39,103 nucleotides of DNA from the IMG/VR virus record IMGVR_UViG_3300006105_000045, positions 1 to 39,103 of that record; one strand, written 5' to 3'. The notes beneath the pieces are model-generated. The model ran no database searches. It worked only from the letters and a program-made list of their open reading frames with translations, and was not told the origin of the DNA. Positions 26,813 through 35,647 of the stretch are shown here, piece after piece (within the stretch, counting starts at the first letter, position 1; every line of letters begins with the position of its first letter). This stretch comes from a virus (lineage: Duplodnaviria > Caudoviricetes). The position numbers and the translations under genes were made by a program.

Positions 26813-28041
26813 TATTCTTCCTTTGCTGGCTTGCGAACTTTAAGTAGATTTGCTTTGGCGAACTCAGCACGATTAACTAACTTGCTTGGCTCATGCTTAC
26901 CTTCATGTTCGTGGTGAAGAACAAAACCTTCTGGCTTAGATTTCTTACCTTCGATATGATGTTCATATTCACCTTCGTGTGTTTCTAAAGATCTAACTAA
27001 ATGGTTCTTGGCAGTCTGAAGATGGTGATGCATCTTCAACAAATTATCGTAGTGGTGTTTGTTCTTTTCAACATGGTCGATATGCTCTTTTGCTTCAGCA
27101 TGTTTCTTTGCTTGACCAGCTTCTGATTTTAATTTAGAAGCAGCTTTGTCGAAGTGCCCTTTAAGATGTTTCTTGAAACCTTCGGCAGATGGAACTTCAT
27201 CGTGGCGAACAGTGTGATTGATGTAAGTTGCTAAGTGACCACCTTCGCCCTGATGTTTCTCAGTAGCGTGGTACATTTTAGAACCATGAGTATCATGAAT
27301 CTCTTTAGCAGCAGCCATGTGCTTATGGAACATTCTCTCATTTTCAGCAGAGTGATTTACTTTGCTTGTGTCATGTTCAGCAGTATGGTGATATACATCT
27401 TTATGTTGTTTAAAGTTTTCGTGATCAACATCGTGGTGTGCAGACATAGAGTGAATGTCGTTACCATGATATTTTGTATGAATCGCGATACCTAATTTAG
27501 AACCTTTGATTTTCTTGGCAGTTTCGCCTTTGGCTTTATAGGTAATTGTATTTGGAGTGAAGGAAACATCACCATTCTTGTGATGATTCAAGTCTTCATG
27601 AAGATGTTCTTTATCGTGGTCTTCATGGTGATACATCAAGTCGCCCTGATAAACACCTTTCTTTGGAGTTACCTTTGGTAAATGATCCAAAGCAGCGTGC
27701 AACTTAGATGCCAATCCAGGAGCATGACCATGGTGTTTTTCAATATCAGCATGAGTATGGTTAATCTTTGGATTCTTATTGAAAGCAGACTTGGATGCTA
27801 CAAAAAACTTACCAGTCTTTGGATGATGACCAAAAACAACAGCTGGAGAACCATCGTATTTCATAGTCAAATTGCTTGACTTGTGACCAGCTTTGATATG
27901 TTCGTGGGCATGTAAGAGAGCAGCATGAGCATGCTCAAAACCTTCATGTCCGTGTAGTAGAGGACGATCTTCCACATGGTGGATATGCTTCAGTTTAGAG
28001 CCTTCGTCTTCCTCTTTAAGGAATGATTGGAATGATTTCAT
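26812..28041 (-). CDS. His-rich DUF6267-like protein with KxDG (RNA-ligase-like nucleotidyltransferase) motif
   Basis: KHIHHVED, TMKYDGSPAVVFG, YQGDLM, FTPNTITY, PEGFV, KLVNR.EF..AN; start MKSFQSFLKEE. Confidence 0.7.
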   Translation of the reverse strand: MKSFQSFLKEEDEGSKLKHIHHVEDRPLLHGHEGFEHAHAALLHAHEHIKAGHKSSNLTMKYDGSPAVVFGHHPKTGKFFVASKSAFNKNPKINHTHADIEKHHGHAPGLASKLHAALDHLPKVTPKKGVYQGDLMYHHEDHDKEHLHEDLNHHKNGDVSFTPNTITYKAKGETAKKIKGSKLGIAIHTKYHGNDIHSMSAHHDVDHENFKQHKDVYHHTAEHDTSKVNHSAENERMFHKHMAAAKEIHDTHGSKMYHATEKHQGEGGHLATYINHTVRHDEVPSAEGFKKHLKGHFDKAASKLKSEAGQAKKHAEAKEHIDHVEKNKHHYDNLLKMHHHLQTAKNHLVRSLETHEGEYEHHIEGKKSKPEGFVLHHEHEGKHEPSKLVNRAEFAKANLLKVRKPAKEE

Positions 28042-28065
28042 GGGTAAAGTCCTCGAGTTTATCTA

Positions 28066-28073
28066 TATTTATT
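28066..28073 (-). promoter_or_regulatory. T4-like late promoter candidate
   Basis: AATAAATA 24 nt upstream of the 28041 start. Confidence 0.6.
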
Positions 28074-28084
28074 GATTTACAGGG

Positions 28085-29398
28085 TTATCCGTTTTCAATA
28101 ATGACATACATACTTGCATCTGCAACCAACTTTTTAGAGGAATAGAAGCAGTAAGTCATTAATTCTTTGAACGCTTTTGCTGTTTTTGGAGCTGCCAAAA
28201 GGGCATACATGTAAGACATAAGGTTGGCAAAACGATCTTTTACAAGAGCATTACCTTTATTGTATGCAGATTCTGCAGCTTTAAAATCGGCAAGCGTATT
28301 TGAGAAACGACCATATCTATCAATGATCGCCTTCAATTCGGTCTTGGCTTTAGCGTGGTCAGTCTTAGGAACATTGGCACTTCCACGAACTGTGTATCCA
28401 TACTTGTTGCTAATATGTGCTGGGAAAGTTCCAGCATCGATCGCACCAAGCTGGTATCCTGCGCCAACAAATCTACCCTCTAAAGAAACATTAAGGGTTG
28501 TGGCTGATGCTTTAAATCCAGCTCTAACTGCAAAACCAGATTTAGTTTGTAAAATAAAATTGTTGAAGGTGTCAGACAAGTCTACCTTTTCAAAAGACAT
28601 GTCATATTCAAGTGGCTGCGACAACATTGTCTTAACATCGATAACAGCAAACTTGGCTTTGTCTGTAGTAACCTGCTTAAGAGAGATTGGTATTAAAACA
28701 CCCTTCTTATACGCTGCAGCGATACCTTCATTAAGCTGATCAATCGTGGTAGATTTTAATAGATTGGTAAGAGTAAATGTTTTCTTAATCATCCAGACAT
28801 CTGCAGGATTCCAGTTATCGTTTGCCTTACCAGATAACTTTCTACCCAGAGCATAAAGATCTTTCGTATCACCTTCTGCCTGTCGCTCATAGGAGAATCC
28901 GTTACCCTTAATTTTTGGCTTCAATACCTTTGCTTGTTTAACGGCAGACTCATAGTAGGTATGGTCGTATAGTGTCTTTTCAGCTATACTTAATTTGTTA
29001 ATAAGAGCATCTTCCTTTGGATAGATTCCCTTTTCAATAACAGACTCAAACATCCACATACTGAGTTTTTCTTTAATCGCTGTCAGCTGTCTAGTATCTG
29101 ACTTTGCATTGGCAGTAAAGTGATTAAAGATGTTATTGATTGCACTGGCAGATCCAGTAAATAGAACTACTTTGTTCTTTGGATCCTTGAGGAAGATCTT
29201 ATCCTTACCTGTTGTGGTAACGATAATAGTCTTATCAGATTTGGTTTTGGTTTTGGTGATGGAGAATACAGTTTCGCCCAACTTGTATCCTTCTTTGGTT
29301 AGTTGTCCCACCACTGCTGCAGCTTTGAGCTGAGTGGAATCTTTGAGGACAACTTTGTGTCCCTCACCATAGGTTGCGCTTCCAACAATACTTGCCAT
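28085..29398 (-). CDS. basic protein with putative PD-(D/E)XK nuclease motif (437 aa)
   Basis: E...DNWNPADVWMI...PISLKQ spacing resembling restriction-endonuclease-fold active sites; Lys/Ala/Thr-rich. Confidence 0.55.
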   Translation of the reverse strand: MASIVGSATYGEGHKVVLKDSTQLKAAAVVGQLTKEGYKLGETVFSITKTKTKSDKTIIVTTTGKDKIFLKDPKNKVVLFTGSASAINNIFNHFTANAKSDTRQLTAIKEKLSMWMFESVIEKGIYPKEDALINKLSIAEKTLYDHTYYESAVKQAKVLKPKIKGNGFSYERQAEGDTKDLYALGRKLSGKANDNWNPADVWMIKKTFTLTNLLKSTTIDQLNEGIAAAYKKGVLIPISLKQVTTDKAKFAVIDVKTMLSQPLEYDMSFEKVDLSDTFNNFILQTKSGFAVRAGFKASATTLNVSLEGRFVGAGYQLGAIDAGTFPAHISNKYGYTVRGSANVPKTDHAKAKTELKAIIDRYGRFSNTLADFKAAESAYNKGNALVKDRFANLMSYMYALLAAPKTAKAFKELMTYCFYSSKKLVADASMYVIIENG

Positions 29399-29418
29399 AA
29401 TATCCCGTGTTTATAGTA

Positions 29419-29448
29419 ATTATACTATATTTAGGATATATTTGTCAA
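29419..29448 (-). promoter_or_regulatory. composite sigma70 and late promoter
   Basis: TTGACA-18 nt-TATAAT with CCTAAATA (29428-29435) inside the spacer. Confidence 0.7.
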
Positions 29449-30137
29449 ACACCCCAGTGATTATATTTTCTTTCCCATGTGAGGATTTTACGAAGCATAA
29501 GCGGAACTACATCGTTATACTTGTCTGTTCTGAAAACCTTTAGAACACCATTTAGATTCTTGGATACGCTATGATACTTGGAGTATCGAATCATTTCTGA
29601 GATTGGAATGGTAGGTCTTCTCATTCTAAAGTCGAGATATACGCAGTGAGCATATGCCTCAATCTCATCTCGTCCAGCATGGTATTCGCGATTCTCATCA
29701 ACCTTTGCGATACCAGATTTCTTATAATATACCTTGCTGGCATTATAATCTTCATGCTTTCCAAGATACTGTCTACAGTGAATCAGCTCATGCATTGCTA
29801 CTTGGATTACTCTGAACTTAAATCTGTCCCAAGACTTTTCATTGAACTTAAACTTTTTGTAGGAAGAATTTGGACCAGTCCATACCTCCAACTCAGAAAA
29901 CTCTTCGTCCAAATAATAACCACCACCAACCAGAATACGACTGTCTGGCTTTGTTTCTTTCATCCATACAATGCGGAAACGCCACTTCTTGAAGTAATTC
30001 CTCAAGCCAGTGGCGTCATTTTTGTACTTATCAAGGTCTTCCCAGATTTTAGCTGGAACGAATTTAGCACGAAATGGTCTTACCTCAAAGTTTAAGAAGT
30101 CAATAAAATCGAAATCTAAACTTTGTAGGTAGTTCAT
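29445..30137 (-). CDS. HEXXH (zincin-like) hypothetical protein
   Basis: MHELIHCRQY...Y....DEIEAYA. Confidence 0.65.
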   Translation of the reverse strand: MNYLQSLDFDFIDFLNFEVRPFRAKFVPAKIWEDLDKYKNDATGLRNYFKKWRFRIVWMKETKPDSRILVGGGYYLDEEFSELEVWTGPNSSYKKFKFNEKSWDRFKFRVIQVAMHELIHCRQYLGKHEDYNASKVYYKKSGIAKVDENREYHAGRDEIEAYAHCVYLDFRMRRPTIPISEMIRYSKYHSVSKNLNGVLKVFRTDKYNDVVPLMLRKILTWERKYNHWGV

Positions 30138-30141
30138 TTAG

Positions 30142-31488
30142 TTATCCAAATAGTGATTCAAGATTAACTTCCTCTTTTACCTCGAAGTGTGCATCGAACA
30201 TATCTTGGGCTTGTCTGTGCAAAGCTGGATCATGGTTAGACTTGGTTTTTAACTCTCCAAGATAACCTGTTTCCTTCTGATTAGCCAAATCTATATAGTG
30301 TTGGGCAATGACTTTTCGGTCGAACTGCTTAATCAACTCGTAATTATTTAGTTGAATCTGTTTATAGTCAGCTTCGCTCATATTACAGAAGTTAGTGATC
30401 GCTTGCCCATATTCTTTTGGAGTGGATCCCTTCTTGATCATACAGTAGTTTATACCAGCTTTTAGAACTACACCCATACCTTCTTCGTTGTTGGAGACCC
30501 CGAAGTTGATGGCAATAGGTACAGTCCCAATACGCATAGCATCAATAACAACCCTATTGAAATGCTCACCGAAAGTGTTAGACCAACTTGGATCGACCAA
30601 AAACTTAGATGTAGCAAGAATTTCGTCACGCTTTGCTCCAGAAATAAAGCCAAGATATTCAAAGTTACCTGAGTTCTCGGCATTCTCCCAGATACGCTTA
30701 CCCTCACGATCAGCTGTTACATCTGGATCGTATTCTTTAGTGGCAAAATATTCTTCTTTACACTTGTCCTTGGACATCATGTATGCTGCTTCAATACCAT
30801 ATCCACCAACCAAAACTTTAGCATCGGTGTAGGGAACTGCACGAATCAAATCATCGACACGCTTCCAACGCTTGAATGTTTGAATAGAAAGAACCTTATC
30901 TTCACGACCAGCGAATGTTGGAGTTTCTGGAATGCCAGCGATATCCTGCGGATTTAAAATCAATGCTCGTGGAACATTCATAAAATCTGCCGAGTCGTAG
31001 GCTGCTGGATGAACGCAAGCAAGTCCAGCAAATTTATGTTCGAACAACTTAATCCATGGGTAGAGTTTCTTCAGATTCGCATCGTGAATGATTGGCACTT
31101 GTGGAACTGTAAGATCCTCAATCATTGGTAACCATGACAAGTCATTTTCAGTGTCTTTGTTTTTAAATCCAAAGATAGACTGCCAAATTACCAAGTCGTG
31201 TTTGTTGGCATCTTTAACGAACTGCTGAATAGATTCTTTAACTTTGTAAGAATAATATGGAGCAATCCATCCATCACCTTGATGGACAGGATAACCTGAA
31301 CCAACACCAATCTCATAACCTTCTTTCAAAGTAGTTGGAATCTCAACTGCCTTTACTTGTTTGTTTGGTTTGAGATAAGCGAAAGTTACCTCATGACCCA
31401 ACTCTTTCAAGCCAGCCATGAGATGTTCACAGTGGTTGATAATACCTCCAAAGTTATTGAAGGTATGCATTACCATCATAATTTTCAT
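30142..31488 (-). CDS. GT-B glycosyltransferase (DNA alpha-glucosyltransferase-like)
   Basis: FGGIINH...LKELGHEV, FKRWKRVDDLIRA, GEHFNRVVIDAM..G..PI; C-terminal NLESLFG. Confidence 0.85.
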   Translation of the reverse strand: MKIMMVMHTFNNFGGIINHCEHLMAGLKELGHEVTFAYLKPNKQVKAVEIPTTLKEGYEIGVGSGYPVHQGDGWIAPYYSYKVKESIQQFVKDANKHDLVIWQSIFGFKNKDTENDLSWLPMIEDLTVPQVPIIHDANLKKLYPWIKLFEHKFAGLACVHPAAYDSADFMNVPRALILNPQDIAGIPETPTFAGREDKVLSIQTFKRWKRVDDLIRAVPYTDAKVLVGGYGIEAAYMMSKDKCKEEYFATKEYDPDVTADREGKRIWENAENSGNFEYLGFISGAKRDEILATSKFLVDPSWSNTFGEHFNRVVIDAMRIGTVPIAINFGVSNNEEGMGVVLKAGINYCMIKKGSTPKEYGQAITNFCNMSEADYKQIQLNNYELIKQFDRKVIAQHYIDLANQKETGYLGELKTKSNHDPALHRQAQDMFDAHFEVKEEVNLESLFG

Positions 31489-32849
31489 CCGAAGAACTCC
31501 TCAAGTGATCCAGCGTTTGCTGCTGGATGATATTTAATTAACTCATCACGACCAAGTTCTTTCTCGCAGTAGTCGTACCATTCTTTAGACTCCCACATTC
31601 CTGGACTAATGCCATTCCAAAGTTTGCGTTGTTCAGGATGTTCTTTGTTAAGTCTGCGTGATTCAACGAAATTGAAACGGCAGTCTTCATATTGTTTAGA
31701 ACCCAACTCAAGCATTTTCTCACGGAAATATACAACCAAAGAGATACGCTCAGAACCCTCGGCACATTCAATCGGAGTGTTACCATGCATAACTTCGTGA
31801 TTGTTAATCAGTAACAAATCTCCTGGACGAACATTAACTGCGACACGATACTCAGGTGCAACAAGATATCCACCTGTGTAGTTACCATCGTTAGATAATG
31901 TCAAGAGATTAGATAAACCAGTTGTTAAATCGCCAGCATCGTAGTGACAAGCAGTTCTAAATGTTTTGTTTACAGTAACAGTAGTAAAGGGAGTTCCTGG
32001 AACCAAGAAAGCTGGATCAACTTTACTTGCTGCTTCCATTTGATTACCATATCTCCAAGGCAAGAGTTCTTTGAAACCACGAGCCAACGATTGTAGGAAT
32101 GGATAAGACATCTTAAACTTGTCGAAGTTATTCGCTGTGTAAGAAGTTGCTCGACCATAAGGAATGCGAGGATAACGATCAAACCAACCTGCGATACCAG
32201 AATTAACAGCAGTACCATAGGTAGTTAAACTCATCATGGTCATAACTTCTTCAGTTCTTGCTGCTCGTTCAGCACGACTCAATGGTTTGATAGAATCTAA
32301 CCATGCTTCAAAGTCGAATGCGCCACCACGATAACGAGAGATTACCCATACATTATTTTTACCTTGACCGCCAGCACGCTTCTTATCTTCCATAGTTGGA
32401 TACTTGGAACGAATAGCATCAATAACATCTACTTCTTCGTCAAGTGCTGCGTTACGATTAGCAATCAAAGCTGAACACATCTCATCTTGATAGTTTGTAA
32501 CCCACTCGCGACCTTCGTCAGTTGCGATTACACCTTCTTTGATGCCCGAGGCGATGCCACGATTTTCCGTTCTAGTAGCTGCTTCTCGTAATCCTTGATA
32601 AGCCATTTCTTGTTCTTCTTTAGAAAACCAATTTTTTCTAAATTTAAAGACGATTTTTCTTTCGTCTGTTCCTGTTTCGCAACTGGCGCAGTCTCTTTGG
32701 CAACCTGCTTGCTCTCCAAGGTCGCAGTCAGCTGGTGCGTATACATCGCAATCTTCTTCAACAAGAATATCATAATGGTTCTCATCTACGAATTTCCCCA
32801 ATAAATCTGTGCAGTCATATTTTCTATCTGCTACAATAACTCTTACCAT
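31485..32849 (-). CDS. TET/JBP-family 2OG-Fe(II) 5-methylpyrimidine dioxygenase
   Basis: SGIAGWFDR, FTTVTVNKTFRTACHYDAGD (HxD), HGNT and ERISLVVYFR; C-terminal SLEEFFG. Confidence 0.88.
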   Translation of the reverse strand: MVRVIVADRKYDCTDLLGKFVDENHYDILVEEDCDVYAPADCDLGEQAGCQRDCASCETGTDERKIVFKFRKNWFSKEEQEMAYQGLREAATRTENRGIASGIKEGVIATDEGREWVTNYQDEMCSALIANRNAALDEEVDVIDAIRSKYPTMEDKKRAGGQGKNNVWVISRYRGGAFDFEAWLDSIKPLSRAERAARTEEVMTMMSLTTYGTAVNSGIAGWFDRYPRIPYGRATSYTANNFDKFKMSYPFLQSLARGFKELLPWRYGNQMEAASKVDPAFLVPGTPFTTVTVNKTFRTACHYDAGDLTTGLSNLLTLSNDGNYTGGYLVAPEYRVAVNVRPGDLLLINNHEVMHGNTPIECAEGSERISLVVYFREKMLELGSKQYEDCRFNFVESRRLNKEHPEQRKLWNGISPGMWESKEWYDYCEKELGRDELIKYHPAANAGSLEEFFG

Positions 32850-32858
32850 AATTCTCTC

Positions 32859-34247
32859 CTAGAATTTAAATCCTTCAAATTCTTCCGCTTTAACTCGTTT
32901 ACCAAAATCCGACTTATCGAATACAGGTTTATCATCTTGACCTGATTCTGAAATGTTTTCTTGTGCGCTACTTTCTAAATTATATAACTTCATCTTGGAT
33001 CTGTCAACCCCAATCACAAACTTCTTATAATATCCTGGATCCCCATAACGATTTTTCAATTGCTTCACAAGAATTTGATTTAATCCTTCAAGTTCCTCGG
33101 AAGAAATCAATGCAAACATAAAGTCAACTGTTGCTGGCAAACCAAAAGATTCAGAAGTATCTGTTAGTTCTACATCAGTATTCGCAAAACCAGATCGAGT
33201 CGTTTGAGTTGCCGATAGAATAGGAACTGCATATTCTACTGCCAATCCTCTCAACTCTTCTGCGATGCTCTTAATATATGTATAAGAATTTACATTCGCC
33301 CCTTGTTTCATTCTAGAAGAAGAACAGATGTTTAGATAGTCAATAATAATCATATCTGGAACAAATTTCTTCTTTTGCTTCAACTCCTCGAGCAGTGCTT
33401 TAAAGTGACCAGCATGAGCACCTGCTGTTGGATATTCTTTAATAATCAACTTACCTTGTGTTTTCTTAGACACTTTATCGAACCGAGTTTGATATAAAGA
33501 TTTGTCAATAACTTTCAACTCGTCCATACCAATGTTCATTAGATTCGCATCGATACGCTCGGCGATTCTTTCCTCAGCCATCTCCATAGTTACATAGAGA
33601 ACATTCTTACCCTGCATTAAAGTTGATGCTGCCACATGACACATAAACAAAGATTTACCAACCCCTGTTCCTGCCAATACAACATTCAAAGTTTTCTTAC
33701 TTAGACCACCCTTGGTAATCTTATTGAACAAGTCTAAGTCGAACGGAATCTTTTCTTCCACTCGATGATAGAATTCATACCTTTCATCATAATCTTCGAT
33801 ATAATCATGACCGACATGATTATCAAAAGAGACGGCAAGAGCATCAGAAAGGATAGAAGGAATGGAATCTTTCGATCGGACTTTATCTCCACCATCAATG
33901 ATTTTGATTGAATGTAGAATCGCATTATAAACTGCCTTATCTCGACAAAACTTTTCGGTCTCACCAATCAACCAGTCTTCGTTTGTTTCTTTGGTTGTTA
34001 GTTCGTTAATATAAACTTCAAACTCAGGAATTTCTTTATCACCAAGATCAGTTCTATTACCAATCTCAATCGCTAGAATTTCTGGAGATGCAGGTTTGTT
34101 ATACTCATTGAAGAATCTTATCAACTCATGCGCAATGATAGATTCTTTTCTATCTTGGAAATACTCTGTCTTTAAATGTGGAACAACTTTTCTACAATAT
34201 TCTTCATTATGTATCAAGTTCGATAATATCGTTTTCTCCAACCTCAT
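32859..34247 (-). CDS. 41: replicative DNA helicase (T4 gp41-like)
   Basis: AGTGVGKS Walker A, TMEMAEE, IIDYLNIC, SATQTTR, SESFGLP, KNRY. Confidence 0.97.
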   Translation of the reverse strand: MRLEKTILSNLIHNEEYCRKVVPHLKTEYFQDRKESIIAHELIRFFNEYNKPASPEILAIEIGNRTDLGDKEIPEFEVYINELTTKETNEDWLIGETEKFCRDKAVYNAILHSIKIIDGGDKVRSKDSIPSILSDALAVSFDNHVGHDYIEDYDERYEFYHRVEEKIPFDLDLFNKITKGGLSKKTLNVVLAGTGVGKSLFMCHVAASTLMQGKNVLYVTMEMAEERIAERIDANLMNIGMDELKVIDKSLYQTRFDKVSKKTQGKLIIKEYPTAGAHAGHFKALLEELKQKKKFVPDMIIIDYLNICSSSRMKQGANVNSYTYIKSIAEELRGLAVEYAVPILSATQTTRSGFANTDVELTDTSESFGLPATVDFMFALISSEELEGLNQILVKQLKNRYGDPGYYKKFVIGVDRSKMKLYNLESSAQENISESGQDDKPVFDKSDFGKRVKAEEFEGFKF

Positions 34248-34539
34248 CAATTCCGCCTTTGTAAATTAAATTCTTTTCAGCCATTTGATAGACAACCAAC
34301 TCTACAAGAAAGTCGCCCAACTCTTTTTCAAAAGCTGGTTTATCTAAATCGTCAGGTTCATTATCATGTATGGTGTAGTCAAACTTAACATGCAATCTGT
34401 CTTGTTCTTTGTTTTCTTCAAACTTAACTCCACCATATGAGAATATTATACCCTGAAATGGACCAGTTGTCAACTGAAGCGCAATAACTCCATTGCGCTC
34501 CAATCTCTTATGCGGTCTTAGAATATCACTCGGATTCAT
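34207..34539 (-). CDS. 40: gp40-like head vertex assembly chaperone
   Basis: T4 synteny uvsX-40-41; FSYGGVKFEE...KFDY...FEKELGDFLVEL; likely start MNPSD at 34539. Confidence 0.65.
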   Translation of the reverse strand: MNPSDILRPHKRLERNGVIALQLTTGPFQGIIFSYGGVKFEENKEQDRLHVKFDYTIHDNEPDDLDKPAFEKELGDFLVELVVYQMAEKNLIYKGGIDEVGENDIIELDT

Positions 34540-35596
34540 CGATTTCTGCCAATTCTTTTTCGATATCCTCATCTTTAAGAATATCTTTTGAAGCAACCTG
34601 ATACTTGTCTTTAACGAACTGAATAAAAGATTTTTGCATAAGGATAGGCAACCAGAACTCTTTTGTGTCAGTATCTTTAACACGATATTTCTTTTCCTCT
34701 ATTTCACCAGTATCTTTGTCGACTTTACTATACCATCCGTTCGATGGCTTGACGACATGTCCTGATTCAAGAGCAATGTCAAGCAAGCCAGACCAACGAC
34801 TGATACCACCATCATGAGATACAGTAATAGGTATTTTTGACTTCTCACGAACATAGCGAGATTTTTCCACATTGATAATAAAATTGTATCCAACGACTTC
34901 CGTCCCTTCTTTTTCTTGTTGGCGACCAATAATAAAAATATTATCAGCCGAATAATATGCGCCAGTTCCACCACCGACAATCGCTTTGGGGAACATACCA
35001 ATTTCCATGTAGGTATGATTAACAACCACACAAGGAATGTCTTTTAAATTTAAGTGAGGAGTTACCATACGCCATAACGACTTCATACCTTTGGCACGAG
35101 TCATATCAGCAACAGATTTACCCTCAAGGGCATCATCAACTTCTTTCTTAGAAGCAAGATTACCAATTGAATCGATAACAATAATCAAATGATCACCACG
35201 CTCAACACCATTAAGCTGTTGCATAATGTCTGACTTTAATTGCTCAAGGTCAGTAATTGGTGTATGAACAACTTTCTCAGTGTCAATACCAAAGCTGTCG
35301 AAGTATGACTGAGGAGTACCAAACTCAGAGTCATAGAATAATAAAGCAGCATCAGGATATTTTTCCATATAAGACTTTGCCATCAACAAACTAAAAGCAG
35401 TCTTAAAATGTTTTGATGGACCAGCCCACATTGTAAGTCCAGGAGTTAGACCACCATCTAATCTACCTGACAATGCGATGTTAATTGCTGGAACAGAAGT
35501 CGGAATCATATCCTTCTTCGTAAAGAATTTCGATTGTGACAAAACCGAAGAGTCTTTGATTGTTGTATTCTTTTTGAGTTTATCTAAAATGCCCAT
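34526..35596 (-). CDS. uvsX: RecA-like recombinase UvsX
   Basis: AGPSKHFKT, YDSEFG, IDSIGNLASKKE and DMTRAK; start MGIL after a GGAG SD. Confidence 0.96.
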   Translation of the reverse strand: MGILDKLKKNTTIKDSSVLSQSKFFTKKDMIPTSVPAINIALSGRLDGGLTPGLTMWAGPSKHFKTAFSLLMAKSYMEKYPDAALLFYDSEFGTPQSYFDSFGIDTEKVVHTPITDLEQLKSDIMQQLNGVERGDHLIIVIDSIGNLASKKEVDDALEGKSVADMTRAKGMKSLWRMVTPHLNLKDIPCVVVNHTYMEIGMFPKAIVGGGTGAYYSADNIFIIGRQQEKEGTEVVGYNFIINVEKSRYVREKSKIPITVSHDGGISRWSGLLDIALESGHVVKPSNGWYSKVDKDTGEIEEKKYRVKDTDTKEFWLPILMQKSFIQFVKDKYQVASKDILKDEDIEKELAEIDESE

Positions 35597-35618
35597 ATAT
35601 TTCTCCATTCTTTCTTAT

Positions 35619-35647
35619 AGTATACTATGTATATGTTTGCAGGTCAA
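35619..35647 (-). promoter_or_regulatory. sigma70-type promoter upstream of uvsX
   Basis: TTGACC-17 nt-TATACT. Confidence 0.72.

Noticed and set aside
34540-34683. N-terminal extension of the 158-aa ORF 34207..34683
   Set aside because: It lies inside uvsX in another frame; a start at 34539 gives a gp40-sized protein.
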